Assembly: GCA_964016885.1 (NCBI GenBank)
Contig: OZ024742.1
Coordinates: 259,470,001-259,534,000, forward strand
Length of the DNA stretch: 64,000 nt
Direction of reading: 5' to 3'
Source of the DNA: Eledone cirrhosa
Lineage: Eukaryota
Part shown: one piece after another, positions 28,761 to 45,549 of the stretch
Numbering within the stretch: the first letter of the stretch is position 1
Layout of the letters: every line of letters begins with the position of its first letter
Notes under the pieces: generated by a model
Told to the model about the DNA's origin: nothing
Database searches by the model: none
The model's input: only the letters and a program-made list of their open reading frames with translations
Made by a program: the position numbers and the translations under genes

Positions 28761-29149
28761 ACCTGGAGAGTATTTTCCCTTCAAACAAAAGTGGGAGAGT
28801 GGATTTTATTCTTTACAAACTTATTGCAATAATTCTTCTTTTTTATGTTCTGTATTTCATTATAGCCATTGTGCTATTTGTTCTGGCTGTTTGTCTTCTG
28901 AGTTCCAATACTATCGTAGCCTACTAGCCATCAAACATCACGTATTGAAGCCCCTTCATAATTACCAATGGATAGTGTTGGAGTGATCCTTGGTATTGAA
29001 CGAGTTGACTGTAAACGATAATATCCTGATGACAAAGTTTATGTTACTCCTGATACTGTACTGGTGTAGTCTACACGTAACATTCCCGTGTAAGTTTTTC
29101 CCGTATAAGTTTCAGAACAAACGTAAAGAAAATATTGAAACGTAGAATT

Positions 29150-29277
<128 letters not shown>

Positions 29278-29458
29278 AAAGAAATATAAAGACAATCGAA
29301 CGGAATGTCTTCTGAGATGTGAGTAACTAACTGTCGTATCTTCGTAATTATATATAAGTAAAGTTTGAACTGAAATAGGGTGGAAAATAAATGATAGGTA
29401 GTTAGATATACGGGTAGTAGAAAACCAACATACACACATACTATATACATTATATGTG

Positions 29459-29527
<69 letters not shown>

Positions 29528-29562
29528 CATACACACACACACACATACATACATACATACAT

Positions 29563-29606
<44 letters not shown>

Positions 29607-29666
29607 CCGTTTCTCTAGCTGTGTATATATATATATATATTTATAGGTATATATATATATTTATAG

Positions 29667-29708
<42 letters not shown>

Positions 29709-29773
29709 CTATGTATGTATGTATGTATATATATATATATATATTTCTATGTATGTATGTTTGTGTATATATA

Positions 29774-29809
<36 letters not shown>

Positions 29810-30278
29810 TGTATGTATGTATGTATGTATGTATATATATATATATATATATATATACAGTGAGTGAGAGAGAGAAACGGTCATATTATTAACACACGAA
29901 GCAGCAACAGTAAAGTGAGGAGAGATGTGCGTCTGCTTAGAAAATTCTGGCTATGATTCAGCTAATAGATATTTCGACAAGTAAATTGATGGATAGATAT
30001 TGTCAACGGTAGTTATCCATCATTCTAAATTCGACTAGTGTTCCGCACATATACAGCAATGGATAATGCGACGTTCATACACGAGAGAGAAAAAACCCCT
30101 GGTGTAATCATATCATTATTATCATTATTCTTATTATTCTTATTATTATTGTCATTGTTGTTGTTGTTACTGTTGTTGTTGTTTTCGTCAGTATCGTTAT
30201 TGTTGGTGTTGGTGGGAGAGTTTAGGACACTGCTGTCCTAACACCAACAACGTTGATATATATATATATATATATATT

Positions 30279-30349
<71 letters not shown>

Positions 30350-30551
30350 GTTAAAAATGTACATCTACATATGCATACTGAAATACTAGTATGCATATGA
30401 ATACACACACGTATACATATGTAGATGTACCAAGTCTTTCACTGGTTACTTTACTGTGAGTAATCCAGCTATTCTGTATGTAAACACACAGACAAACCGG
30501 TTTTTAGAGTCATACTGGTTTTCGAGGAAACACCTTTCCTCTATTCTCCAG

Positions 30552-30647
<96 letters not shown>

Positions 30648-30671
30648 AATATATATATATATATTTATATA

Positions 30672-30875
30672 TAGGAACCAGTAAGACCCCGACAGCTGAG
30701 CTCAAGCCGTTTCGACGGCTAATTCTGGACTTTTTTAGTCCAGAATTAGCCGTCGAAACGGCTTGAGCTCAGCTGTCGGGGTCTTACTGGTTCCTATTAC
30801 CCACTCTACTACCTCAAGTATTGAGTACTTTGGTGCGTTATGGTCCACCTGGTTCCTTACCACATTTCCTTCGTT
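30672..30875 (+). mobile_element. Fold-back family B copy
   Basis: Perfect arms 30672-30731 and 30737-30796; tail 30797-30875. Confidence 0.9.
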
Positions 30876-30876
30876 A

Positions 30877-30927
<51 letters not shown>

Positions 30928-30942
30928 GTTTGAGTATATATG

Positions 30943-30987
<45 letters not shown>

Positions 30988-30995
30988 TCACACAG

Positions 30996-31026
<31 letters not shown>

Positions 31027-31067
31027 CATACACACACACATATATATATATATATATACACACACAT

Positions 31068-31127
<60 letters not shown>

Positions 31128-31649
31128 GGAAGACGATAGATGGAGAGGGTGGACACAATATATAAATGTAAGTTGATAGATAGCTATTGTTTGTGTCTGT
31201 ATGTGTCATCAAATATTTTCCTCTGTACGTAGAAAGTAAATTTTTTTAGTTTCAATTGCTCTTTTCAGTCAGATCTGTCGTCGGTGTTCTTATTGTGTTA
31301 CTGATATACACTTTTTACACATTTTTTCTAGTAAATACTAACATAGATCTCGTCTTATTATTTTCCAATTCTACATTAAAACAGTGCATTCTGCAGCAAC
31401 AAAATAAATACCTTTATATATATATATGTGTATGTATGTATGTATGTATGTATGTATGTATGTATGTATGTATGTATGACAAAGGGCGGAAGAACTCATA
31501 AGAGTCAACAGCCATCCAAAAGTGTGTAAATATGTATATACACATGTACATATGTACATATGTATATATATGTATATGTACATGGGTGAATGTGTATGTA
31601 TATGCGCGGGGACATAGAAATAATCGGGCTGGACATCCGATCGCGCGTT

Positions 31650-31940
31650 TAAACCACTGGGAGTGAAGGACCCCTAGCCTTTGTCAGGGCAATCTTCTAG
31701 GAGAAGGCAACTCAGGAAACTGGGATAACTCCGATATAAAACCAGCGGCTCAGTAGATACCGATGATGTTGATCTTTTCTTCTTTTCGGGCTATAGCTAC
31801 TGTCGCTCAGAGAGTGGGATTGGCGCAGGGCACAGTCTTTCCTCACTTTAAAAGATATCTTCACGCACAGGCATTGCATGATAGAATTAATTAATAATGG
31901 TATATCGTGCAATGGGCATACTCGATAACGAGGGTGCAGC
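31650..31940 (+). mobile_element. RTE-like LINE 5'UTR fragment
   Basis: GGCAATCTTCTAGGAGAAGGCAACTC..GATATAAAACC motif; homologous to 43210-43810 and 45550-45800. Confidence 0.55.
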
Positions 31941-32959
31941 CATCATGTATGTATGTATATATATATATATCTGTGTATATATATATATATATATGACAAA
32001 GCACACCACTCTCTAGGTTGATTTCGTTTAAAGAAATAGAAAATATTAGAGAGAGAGAAAGAATGAGATATAAGGAAATAATTTTCTCTAGTATTGAATT
32101 GGTACTTTATTTATCGATCTCGAAACAAGGAAATGTAATGTTGAACGCGGCATGTTTTGTACACAAAATACAGAAAGCAGAATCAAGTACGTACCGCCTT
32201 TTATCTGACGGTCTAATGATTCTGCCCTTTCCCACCTTCGCAATTTGCATTGGTGGATATCTCACACAAATGGCACGATTCTCACACAAATGATAGCATT
32301 AAAAAATGGTTGCCAACTTTTAATTAGTGACAGCTACGACGACCGACAATACACTGTCATTTTTTGTATTGCTATTGCTAATATAAAGGTTCATAAAGGT
32401 TCTTTCAAATATCTCATAACATACGCTCAGTTGAAATGTTCCGTAATGCGTAAGAAACATCTAAACTGGCTGATTGTTCACAGCAATCCCTACTATTCAA
32501 ACTCTGTGATCATGTGTGTCTATCAAAAGCCGGGGCTTAATTAGCCATGGACGATTTCATGCTACTCATTAGCTTCGTAACCAATAATATCCCAGTTCAT
32601 ATTACATTTGGCTTGTAGAAAAAAATTAAAAAAAGCACAATTGAGCTGTTCTGGGAGTAGGTTAACATGACATTTCGAAGCATACCACCCGTAACGTACT
32701 GAGTTCTACTTTTTAGAAAGATTGGTATGACGAATATCATACAAATTAAGAGGATCAAAGGAGGGCATAAATATCTATATATCAGAGATGCACACACGTA
32801 GACATATATATTCATGTCTCTCTTTCTCCCGTTCTCTCTCCCCCCCCCCTATGCCCCCCTCTCTCTCTCTCTGTGTTAGAAAACCACTATACATACAAAC
32901 ACACATATATATATGAATATATATATATATATATAGATATATATAGAGATATGTCTATG

Positions 32960-33079
<120 letters not shown>

Positions 33080-33542
33080 TATATATACATACATAGACAT
33101 ATCTCTCACACTCTCTCCCCCTCTCTCCCTCTCTCTCTCTCCCTCTCTCCCTCTCTCTCTCTCTCTCACTCACTCTCTCTCTCTCTGTATCTATATGGCA
33201 AAATGGCGTATGCTTTTCAGGGTACTCGGAGTTTTTCCGAAGCAATATATGTATTCAATGATATTTCGTCACACACACTGTGGCCTGGTCAGTAACTATT
33301 TGTTTTGCTCTGTGCTTCCCCATCTTTCTGATTTTATTTTGTTTACTCTATCTTGTTTTTCTGAGTTACGTTTCCCTCTCTGCGCATGTGATTTCATTTG
33401 CCCCTGTGTGTGTGCCTATGCGTTTGACATGCATGTCTGTGCGTAGGTTTGTATATTTCTCTAATTATATCTTCATATGTTTTTTTTTCTGTTTCTATTG
33501 TGTCCCATTTTGTCCTTAATCTTTACGTTATATATTTATAGC

Positions 33543-33715
33543 TATCGATACGGCCCGAGCTCGGCCGTCGGGGTCCTGACTCTTTTCCTATATATATACA
33601 TATATATATATGAAAAGATTCAGGACTCCGACGGCTCCGATGTTTCGACAGCTAGATCCGAACTAAGCCACCGGTATTAGAACGGCTGGAATCTGGCTGA
33701 ACTTATCAAGTGTTA
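33543..33715. mobile_element. Diverged relative of family B, inverted pieces
   Basis: CGGCCCGAGCTCGGCCGTCGGGGTCCTGA..TTCCTA(TA)n and its inverse at 33613-33665. Confidence 0.65.
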
Positions 33716-33741
33716 CAGTCCATATCTGTGCATGCAGTCAA

Positions 33742-34531
<790 letters not shown>

Positions 34532-34965
34532 GCCGTGTATGTCAATGATAAAGCTACCAGTTGCAAGTTAATTTATCTTTTCTGTTTGTTTAACGAATAC
34601 ATGACTAATTGTTGAAAGAATTGCTTGTTTTCTTTTCTTTTCTTTTTGTTATTTGTATTTCATATTGAGAGATATTATTTTTTTAGTAATAAATTAAAAC
34701 CGTTTTTAATCAACAAATTCAATTATAAATAACTTTAAAATCTACTGGCTTGAGATTGCAAGTCATTCGATAAACTAGATCAGTTTTACTACTTGATTTC
34801 AATATTATTGTCATAGTTTCTTTTTTTAAATTTAAATCATTGTCAGAACTGTAACTGATGCTTTCGATTATGTCTTTCTTTCTCAAGTATCGAAGTCAAT
34901 GGTTTTGTTATTCTTCAACATTATACTTCTTCTTTAGTGTTTCTTATTGAAATATCAGGTCAGTT

Positions 34966-34968
34966 ACT

Positions 34969-35029
<61 letters not shown>

Positions 35030-35232
35030 TTTTGTTGTTGTTGTTGTTGTTGTTGTTATTGATGGTAGTGGTGGTGGTGGTTGAAGGTTGTAGGTGTTGT
35101 GGTGGTGGTGAGGATGATGACGGCGTTGGTGGTTATGCTGGTGATGATTGAAGGTGGTGGTATTGGTGGCAGTGGTGGTAGTGGTGGCAGTGGTGGTAGT
35201 GGTGGTAGTGGTGCATGTGGCGGTGGTGGTAG
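34966..35232. repeat. (TAG)n/(TTG)n/(GGT)n low-complexity tract
   Basis: Directly visible. Confidence 0.9.
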
Positions 35233-35994
35233 TTTGTCGACACAGCATGGTTGTATGGTTAAGGAGTTCGCTTCGCAATATTTATGTTGTAGGTTAAATC
35301 CCACTGCGTGGCATCTTGACCATATGGATTTTAGCAAGACCTTGGAATTTTGTTGACGGAAAATGTTTAGAAGTACGTTTAGGATTATTTGTTATTTAAA
35401 GAACAATCATTATCAAACACTGCATCACGCTGAATCTCCCTGAAAATTACGTTAAGTGAAGGTGTATTTGTGGAATGCTCAGCCACTTACACTTTAATTT
35501 CATGGCCAGGATGTTCTTTTGATCGAACAATTGGAATACTCATCGTTGAAGCCAATGGAGATCGATCAAGCGATCGTTGGTAGTTTATAGTAGTGATGAT
35601 GATGGTGTTAGTTCGTCTGTGGCAGTTACTAATTCTCTACCATATTCGATTATTTATGTTTTATTGTTTTTTCATTACCTTTTTGTTTGTTTTTCATGAT
35701 TATTTTTACTTTATTCTTTCATTAAACTGGAAAACAATAGAACTTTCAAAATCGATATCACGTTTTTTTCCTTTACTTTTTTTTCTTTTGAAAATACAAA
35801 AAGAAAATTGTGCATGTTATTCAATCTAATTCTAATTACTGCATAACTTTCAGTTGGATTTTTTCTGTTATTATTATCATTATTATAATCCTCCTCCTCC
35901 TCATCATTATCATCATCACCATCATCATCATCATCAGATAGCATTTGTTAGCAAATTACAGTTTCGTTTTCGTATTTAGTTTTTTATTTTTTAT

Positions 35995-36104
<110 letters not shown>

Positions 36105-38231
36105 ATTGTTAGTATTATAATTATTACCATTATTAGCAATTTTAATATTGTAGGCTATTTTCGTTAGTGAAACCGACTCTACTGATCTATCAGTATTGAT
36201 AGTTAACTTAACTAGGTAAACAAAAAACAGATTATTTAAAAAAGATCCCATATAAATTTAAATCATTTGGAATGATGTGTAAGATCTATGTCTACCCGAT
36301 TATCATATACAGCAGATGTATATTAGTTTATGTTATTTTTATGTGTGCTTTTATTTCTTGTTCATCTTTTGGTTCTAAGTTGAGTTCGAGACAAATTGAA
36401 AAAAATCACGTATATACATTTACAAAAACATGTAATTAAGAATTTTTCAAATGCTGAAAAAAATATATTTAAACATTTTGATGCGTTTTTTTATCCTTCA
36501 ACAAAAGTTTGGTAGAATTAATTCTTCAAGTAGAACATAACTTTAGGGCTGGTTTCTTGTGATTGGTGTCATTTATGTGTCGAATTATCACTGGGAGACT
36601 TAAATCTCGTACACCCAGGGAGACAAGATCACAACACGCATGTTTCTTAGAGCAGGGATTTTAGTGGAAAATCTTATAAAGGCTATATAAATCTCCTGTG
36701 CCTTTTAAGGTAATTTGATTACGATAAACGGCAAATCGGAAGAGCTGTTAGAATATCGGATACAATACTTTTGAGGTATTTGTTTCGGCTCGCTGCATTC
36801 TGAGTTCGAGTGAGGCTGAATGAGGTCGAATTTGCTTTTCATCCTTTTGACGTCGATAAAATGAAAGCCAAATACTGACCGATCTTCCTCTATATTTCTT
36901 TCTCTATATTTCTTTCTCTATCACTCTCTTTCTCATCCTTTGTAAGAAATCAGATGAGATGAGCTTCGCCAGTTTTAAAAATGTTCACGAAACGCAGTAT
37001 TTCACTACTGCAGCCATATGACTCCGCCAGAAGTTACGGGTTAAAGGAAAAGGAAATTGGATGAGGACTTTGTTCGCCTGTTTATTAATTATGTATAAAT
37101 GGAAATATTTACGATTGGGGAATGAAACACGTGTATTTAAATAAATTTCGCTTGCTCTACCTCACCTACTGTTACCCTATGTCTAGAGGTGGCTTCTTAA
37201 CATAATTTCCGTATCAACGGTGTTAATTGACACCGTTTTCAATTGTGTCTATCACGTGAAAATGTTGGACATAAACATCAACGAGACAATATATTACATA
37301 TCATATGATATCATTACAAACATAGAGTCTGTCACGGGAAATTGTTAGACATAAATATCACAGAGTCAATATATTACATATCGTATATCATTAGTAATAG
37401 TATTTAAAGAGAACTCGCTAAGAAAACAATAACATTCGACTTTAATACTTAATGTCCTGTACCGCATGAAGCCCCATTAGTAAAACTTTCTTAAGACGTA
37501 CAAAATAATAGTATGACACCTTCACATTATCTATTATTGTCTTTACGCTAAAACAGTAAATTCCCACAACGATCTGACGAGTAATAAAGACACTATAAAT
37601 ATTTCAATTGACTTGTAAATAGATATTTTCTTCTAAATCATTAGCGAATATTCCCATTATCTGGCATCTTAAAGTACCATTTACCATATTCTCGCTTCGA
37701 GCCAAACTGTTTCAATAAAATAGTGTAGACGGAAACTGTTTGGAAGCCCGCCGGAGAGGATGTGCCTTTAATTCAATGGATCAGCCTTGACAAACATTGG
37801 CACGATGGATCTCACTGAGAATTTTGTTAGGGGTACACGTGTCTATGGAATGCTCAGTCACTTCGACGTTAATTGAATGAGAATGTTCTTCGTTGTTTAA
37901 ATCGATGCAGGCTCATGCCTTCTTTCTTCCAATTACGGGATATTAAACGATAAAAATACATATTTTGAGAAAACGAATTGGAGTATTACTGAAAATTAAG
38001 GAATTTAAAACATTTGTTTAATTGATTCCTAAATCGTTATTGTCTTAAAAATTTCCGCAGTTATATGGCTAAAACGTTCGCTTTGTCATCATGTGGTTTT
38101 CAGTTCAATCTCAGAGCACGACAGGTTGAACAATGCCTTGTAAGCTATATACATATGTGTGTGTGCGGGTGCGTGTGTGTGTGAGTGTGTGTGCGGGTGT
38201 ACATGTATGTGTGTGCGAGAGGGAGACAGAG

Positions 38232-38480
38232 CAGGCGCAATGTTTAGTGGTTATGGTGTTCGGCTTATGATCTTAAGGTTGTGAAAGTTCAATTTCCTGT
38301 GGTACATTATGTTCTCTAAAACATTTTATTTCAGGCTGCTTTAGTCCATTCAGCGGGAATAAATGTGTTTTACCTGTAATTCAAAATGGTGGATTTGGCG
38401 CTGAATAGCCATGGAATTCTCGGTCATTTTCCCGTTAATTTCGCGAGCAGGCTATTCCGCTATTCAAATGACTGAACAGA
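38232..38480 (+). mobile_element. SINE family 2 (degenerate)
   Basis: AGGCGCAATGTTTAGTGGTTA head; ACCTGTAATTCAAA and GTTAATTTCGCGAGCAGGCT motifs shared with 62420-62727. Confidence 0.55.
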
Positions 38481-39602
38481 TTGAGGTTCAACGCATCTAT
38501 ATATTAGTTGGTAATAATTAACATTCAATAACTTCTAGCGTTCCAAACATATTCATTTTATTTGCATTTAAATGTTAGCCAAGAAGGAAGGGAAGAAATT
38601 GCATCTAAAGTCGCTAAAACTGTTTCAGATTCAAACATAAAAATATTTTACTCTAAAGGAAGTGGATTAAGCTATGGCAGAGCTTCCACCAATATTTGAT
38701 GAATAAGATCAAAGGAAAAGCAGGAAAAAGCATTCTTTGAATAATATTTGTAACTAACCGGAACTTAGGAAGATTTTCTGTAAACAAAAAAAGTCTTGAT
38801 TGGAAGAACACGCAGAAAATACGAAGACAAATTAACGGAATATCCTGTTTGGAAAAGTAAAGCCCAAGTGGCCGAGCATTCTACAGACACATGTAACCTT
38901 ATTGTAATTCTTGGAAAAGGTTCAGCGTGACAATGTATCCCTTTGAAATAACAGCTACCGTCCAGCTGACTGGCTTTCGATCCTTTTCAAGTTGGATGGA
39001 ATCCGGGATTTAATGATTTTAAAAGGAACCTCTTAACTGTTCAGTCATGTTGTGTCCACTTGTTTGTATTACTTAAGTATGAAAATGCCGATTATTAATA
39101 ATATTTCTTGATAAATAAGTCATACATGTGTGGATAAAAAGAAAAAAAATCTCTTCTTGCTAGGAATGTAAAGAATATTGATCACATAATATCGACTAAA
39201 AATGCGGCAATGTTAAACCACTGTTTAATTATAAGTTTGAAAGTGTTCAGAGTGAACAATATTACTACTCGTTTTAACCGAAGGGGATAATGGCACTAGT
39301 CTATTTAGGGGAAAAATTGAAATTGGTATGAGGTTTCTCAAGACGGGAACATCAAAGAGATATTTATATGGTGGTAAAAATAGGTTTATGAAAAGATTTC
39401 CTTTTGAAGGACTTCAAGTAATTATTATCAATTGTATATCCTATTTGCACTTTTGCTTTCAAAACACTTGACAAAATTTGCTATTTCCCTGGAAACTTCT
39501 TATATTGTCCCTACTGCGTAACATAGTTTTCTTGCGATGTGATGTGTGGTCAATATGGCCGCTAGTGAACACAGATAATCGCAATGAGAAATTATCACTA
39601 TT

Positions 39603-39647
<45 letters not shown>

Positions 39648-39861
39648 TGACACTCACATATATATGTACTTATATATGCATATATAGAGATTAACATATA
39701 TATACTTTTGTTGTAAGATGTTGCATAACCAGGGCTGGGTGTGTAACACTTCAACCAGTAAATAATGATGCAATAGGGTTCAAACACTCGACACCATGCG
39801 TATATTTTCAAATTCGATTTAGTAGTCCATAATGGAATATTACTGCAAAGCGCAGTAATTA

Positions 39862-40214
<353 letters not shown>

Positions 40215-40306
40215 CTATAGAAATTTCGTATTTCGAAAGAAATACAATTTTAGGAAGCCGTAGCTATGCGAACACTGGTGTTGTCCAGCAGGAGAAAGGA
40301 GGATAA

Positions 40307-40348
40307 CCGTCTATGCATTCCAGGCTTAACTGGCCATCGTCGGGACAG
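40307..40348 (-). ncRNA. Degenerate type I hammerhead (copy 1)
   Basis: CUGUC-CCGACGA-UGGC CAGUUAA GCCU-GGAA-UGCA-UA^GACGG. Confidence 0.6.
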
Positions 40349-40626
40349 TCCCTCTCACTGCACTGCGACTTCTGGACTTGAAAACAGCCGACAATATATA
40401 GTTTTCTCGTCTGTGTAAATGAGGTGATTAGTCTCATTTGCATATGAAGCTGCATAAGTTGGCTCAACTTATAATAGAAAAGAAATAGGATTTCGCATCA
40501 AGCATAGCTTTATACAATATGTATAGACATTTCGTATTTCTAAAGAAATACTATTTTAGGAAGCCGTAGCTATGCCAACCTCGGCGTTTGCCCCCCGGTG
40601 TTGTCCAGCAGAAGCAAGGGGGACAA

Positions 40627-40667
40627 CCGTCCATGCATTTCAGGCTTGACTGGCCATCGTCAGGACG
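40627..40667 (-). ncRNA. Degenerate type I hammerhead (copy 2)
   Basis: CGUC-CUGACGA-UGGC CAGUCAA GCCU-GAAA-UGCA-UG-GACG: intact core, mutated cleavage triplet. Confidence 0.68.
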
Positions 40668-40921
40668 ATCCCTCCCACTGCTCTGCGACTGCTGGACTTG
40701 AAAACATATTGTATGAAGCTATACTTGAAGCGAAAACCTATTTCTATTCTATTATAAGTTGAGCCAACTTATGCAGCTTCATATGCAAATGAGATTAATC
40801 ACCTCATTTACACAGACGAGAAAACTATATATTGTCGGCTGTTTTCAAGTCCAGCAGTCGCAGTGCGGTGGGAGGGATTGTCCTGACGATGGCCAGTTCA
40901 TACCTCTGTGGCCTTCGGAAA

Positions 40922-41075
<154 letters not shown>

Positions 41076-41355
41076 TAGTTAAGCAAATCAAGACCACATG
41101 CTCTCATAGAAGACATTAGTCGAAGAGTATCAACATTAAGTGCAGTTTAACATAAAAAAGGGGGTAATAATGTCAGTTTATAATTGTTTCACTACACCAT
41201 ATAATGTTTCTGGATCAATCGATGGTAATATCGTTATTGATTTGGTGCAGAGAAAGATAATTAACATAGAATAATATTATGGAGCAGCTCCTCGGAACTT
41301 GAAATTAGATAATGAAAATATTAGTATGTATAAAGTAGAAATAAAAATAAAATAA

Positions 41356-41415
<60 letters not shown>

Positions 41416-41495
41416 ATTTTATTTTATTTTTATTTCTAATTTCAAACTCGCGCACCGTTTCAAAAACATACTTACATGTTTACGCTTATAATTTG

Positions 41496-41667
<172 letters not shown>

Positions 41668-42186
41668 GAGGAGGGGGAGAAAGATAGATATTTATATGTT
41701 ATAAGGAGATACGCACACAGATAGATACATAAATATATGTGTGATATCCTGCCTTGACCAGTTTTGCTGAATGACCGAACGTGTAATACTCAGAAGTAAA
41801 ATAATCATTCAAACAGACTCATTTATTAAATTATAATTGCGAGGAATGAATAAGACAAAGAATTGCCTATTTTTTCTTCGAAGTCCCTACTGCAGTTTCA
41901 TCAACTGTTTCGCAACATCGGTGCACCAGAGAAGTGCACCATCATTGTGAGGTTGCCAAATCTTCAGGTGACGCAACCGTAAGAAAGTGAATATTTCTCT
42001 GGCGGGAGGAATCATCACGTGGTATAGGTCACTGAAGGAACGCAAATGCTGGGCATTTAGCGAGTGCCACATCTGCTAGGAAAAGCTGCCATTACCCGCC
42101 TAATTAACTCTGCCAAAGCGGGAGCTGGGACAGTAATGTAATAAGATACACACTCATTGTGTGACCTACATACACACGCGCGCTCG

Positions 42187-42225
<39 letters not shown>

Positions 42226-42377
42226 GTTTGTATATGTATAATAAAGCCAAAACAATGCAGGTATGGACATAGAATAAAGAATGCAAATGCAAAAGATATG
42301 TTGACAATTAGTCTTTTACCTTAGATATATTTAAACTATAACCTCCTCCTCATATATATATATATCTATATATATAT

Positions 42378-42858
42378 CAATTTTGGCTACCACAAAGGTT
42401 TACTAATATTCCTATCGGTATCTTCCCTCTCCATGGATATCATATCATCTCTTACGGTACACATACAGAGAGAGTTATCCAGACAGATACGTTTACATAC
42501 AGCCACTTAAACACACAGGCACACTCACAAGCATATACACTCACGGGCATAAAAACAGAGGAATATATGTAACACACACACATAATATTCATACTTTACT
42601 TCTTTTCTACATGTCAAACATACAAGATACAACTACACACATTCTTATAAGTTACACGCTTTTTGGAAATGGTATGTTTCACGATATTGGATTAGTAGGT
42701 TGGTAGGTGGAAGGAAAACAAGTAAAGTATGAATATTATGTGTGTGTGTTACATATATTCCTGTGTTTTTATGCCCGTGAGTGTATATGCTTGTGAGTGT
42801 GCCTGTGTGTTTAAGTGGCTGTATGTAAACGTATCTGTCTGGATAACTCTCTCTGTAT
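42378..42858. repeat. Fold-back element, about 139-bp arms
   Basis: 42463-42601 and 42720-42858 inverted; tail 42378-42462; TA flanks. Confidence 0.85.
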
Positions 42859-43049
42859 ATATATGCATATATATATTTATATATATATATACATATATAT
42901 AAATATACACATGTATATGTGTATATATACACATATTATGTATATGCACATCGACGGTCGATCGACTTTCGAACCGAGGAAACAGTAGGAAACAATGTTT
43001 CCATCGATCTTTCCAATTGCTAATACTATCTATCGGTCGCAACTCCAGG

Positions 43050-43154
43050 TAGAAGGTGCAACGTGAAATAAAGTGTCTTGCTCAAGGACATAACGCATCG
43101 CCTGGTTTGGGAATCGAACTCACAACCTCACAATTGCTAATCTAATTCTCTATC
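43050..43154 (-). mobile_element. SINE family 2 head
   Basis: Minus strand: TGAAGGCGCGTGGGTGAGTAG...GAGTTCGATTCCC...GTGTCCTTGAGCAAGACACTT. Confidence 0.7.
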
Positions 43155-43209
43155 TACTCACCCACGCGCCTTCATATATAATATATATATACACATATAT
43201 ATATATACA

Positions 43210-43810
43210 TACATGGTGGCTGCCAAGTAGTTTTCGAGTACGGCCACTACTTTATATCCATTTAGGAGAACCCCTACCGATGAGCTGAACGAGTGTGACT
43301 TTTTAGTCCAGCCAGCGACTTGAAAACTCTGGTACAAACACTACACCTGTGACAATTATTGACACATAGTGCTGGGCCCATGGTACCATGTGACGACAAG
43401 TGCAGAGAGATCTCCAGATATAAAGCAATGCCTGTGCCGTGAAGCTTTTATAGTGAGCAAAGGCACTGCACAAAGCCAGTCCCACTCTCTTAACCAAGAT
43501 GATATTTACTAAAAAGAAGAACAAGTCAACATCATTGGATACCATCAGGGTTGCAGGTGTTATATCAGAGTTGTCCTTCGCCTAGAATTCTGCCGTGACA
43601 AAGGCTAAGGAGTTATCTCTCCCGGTGATTTTGGATGGCCATTGACTCTTAAGAGCTCCTTTGCCCTTTGACAGGTTTTGTTTAGTCCTGCAGGGTGTCC
43701 AAAGTCACCCTCCTCACCAAGAAACCTTGGTGGGGTTGCCAGATTAGTTGCCAACGATCCGACCATGAGACAGGTTGTACTGGGATACATGTTACCAGTA
43801 GCACCAACAT
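43210..43810 (-). mobile_element. RTE-like LINE 5'UTR fragment
   Basis: CCTTAGCCTTTGTCACGGCAGAATTCTAGGCGAAGGACAACTCTGATATAACACC matches 31670-31743. Confidence 0.55.
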
Positions 43811-43876
43811 ACATACATACATACATAGCATATACATACATACATACATACATACATACATACATACATACATACA

Positions 43877-43908
<32 letters not shown>

Positions 43909-44527
43909 CTACATACATATATGTATGCATATATCTATGGATATATATATGAGTATGTGTTTGCATGTATAATGTATATGTGAACGTGCATACATATGCG
44001 TTTTATCTGGAGGTATTTCTTTGTGTACGAGGAAAATAAGAGATCAATAATTGCTAAATGTACACTCTGATTGATGTGACCACTTTGATCTTTCCAATAA
44101 ACACCCAAATGAATTCAGAGAAAGAAAAGGAGAAAAGATCTCTCCGATATTAAATAGCGTTTATTCGGTTTTTCTTTCTTTCTAGCTTCCTTTCCTTCTT
44201 TGTTTATTTCTTTTTAACTTTCTTATATATAACGATATAGATTCAGTTTTCCGCAAAACTCAGAAATATTCCGACACTGGTACTTACCTACGTTTATATA
44301 CAGAAACGCACATTATTTATAGACACGTGCAATCACATATATATTAAGAAAGAGATGGAAGTTTCAGTTTAACATATTTTATTCCTACTCAGGCGTAAGA
44401 CGGGTTTCGCAGTTGCCCAGCTCGAAACCTTAAACAAGTACATTCAGCTTTGACTCTGGCAAAGTTTTGCCCATCCGAAGCCGTGTAAATCAGCTGCACC
44501 ATTTATTGGAATTTGATTTACGGACAA

Positions 44528-44623
<96 letters not shown>

Positions 44624-44743
44624 GTATATATAGTGAAATAAAATAACAAGGACGATTGGTTACTCCTTCATTACGTTTATTTATAACATCGAATGCTCAC
44701 CCAGGTGAACCTACAGTAACTCCAAGTTACACTCCCTGGATAT

Positions 44744-44822
<79 letters not shown>

Positions 44823-44890
44823 TATATATATATATATTTATGTATATATATTTATATATATATTCATATATATATACATACATATATATC

Positions 44891-45073
<183 letters not shown>

Positions 45074-45475
45074 CTCTGTTCAATACATCGATCATTGTCC
45101 GGTAATCGCTGAATGATAGTTAAAGCGCAAACACATAGAAGACATTACCAAGACAACGTGTCTCACGCCAGCCATAGAAAAATTGGGATATCAAGATGGC
45201 AAATCACAATTCTTAAAGCCTGTTTAATACCAGATTACAATAATGAGCTAAGAGACATCATTAAAATGTGGGTTCTCATTAGTAGATAACATATTTAAAT
45301 CTATGTATACACAGTTGTAGTGGCATACGTGTACATAACAAACACAACTATACAAAACGAAGAAGAAATCACCCTCTAAAATGTTCCCCTATAGGTCAAA
45401 CGTCTTCGGATATAACATGTAGATTTGTAAATACAACTTAAATGGGCCCAAGTATTGAGCACAGAGCAGTCTATA

Positions 45476-45509
<34 letters not shown>

Positions 45510-45549
45510 TTTTTTGGCGAGAGTCTCCTAGTCTTGATTAAAAAACATA

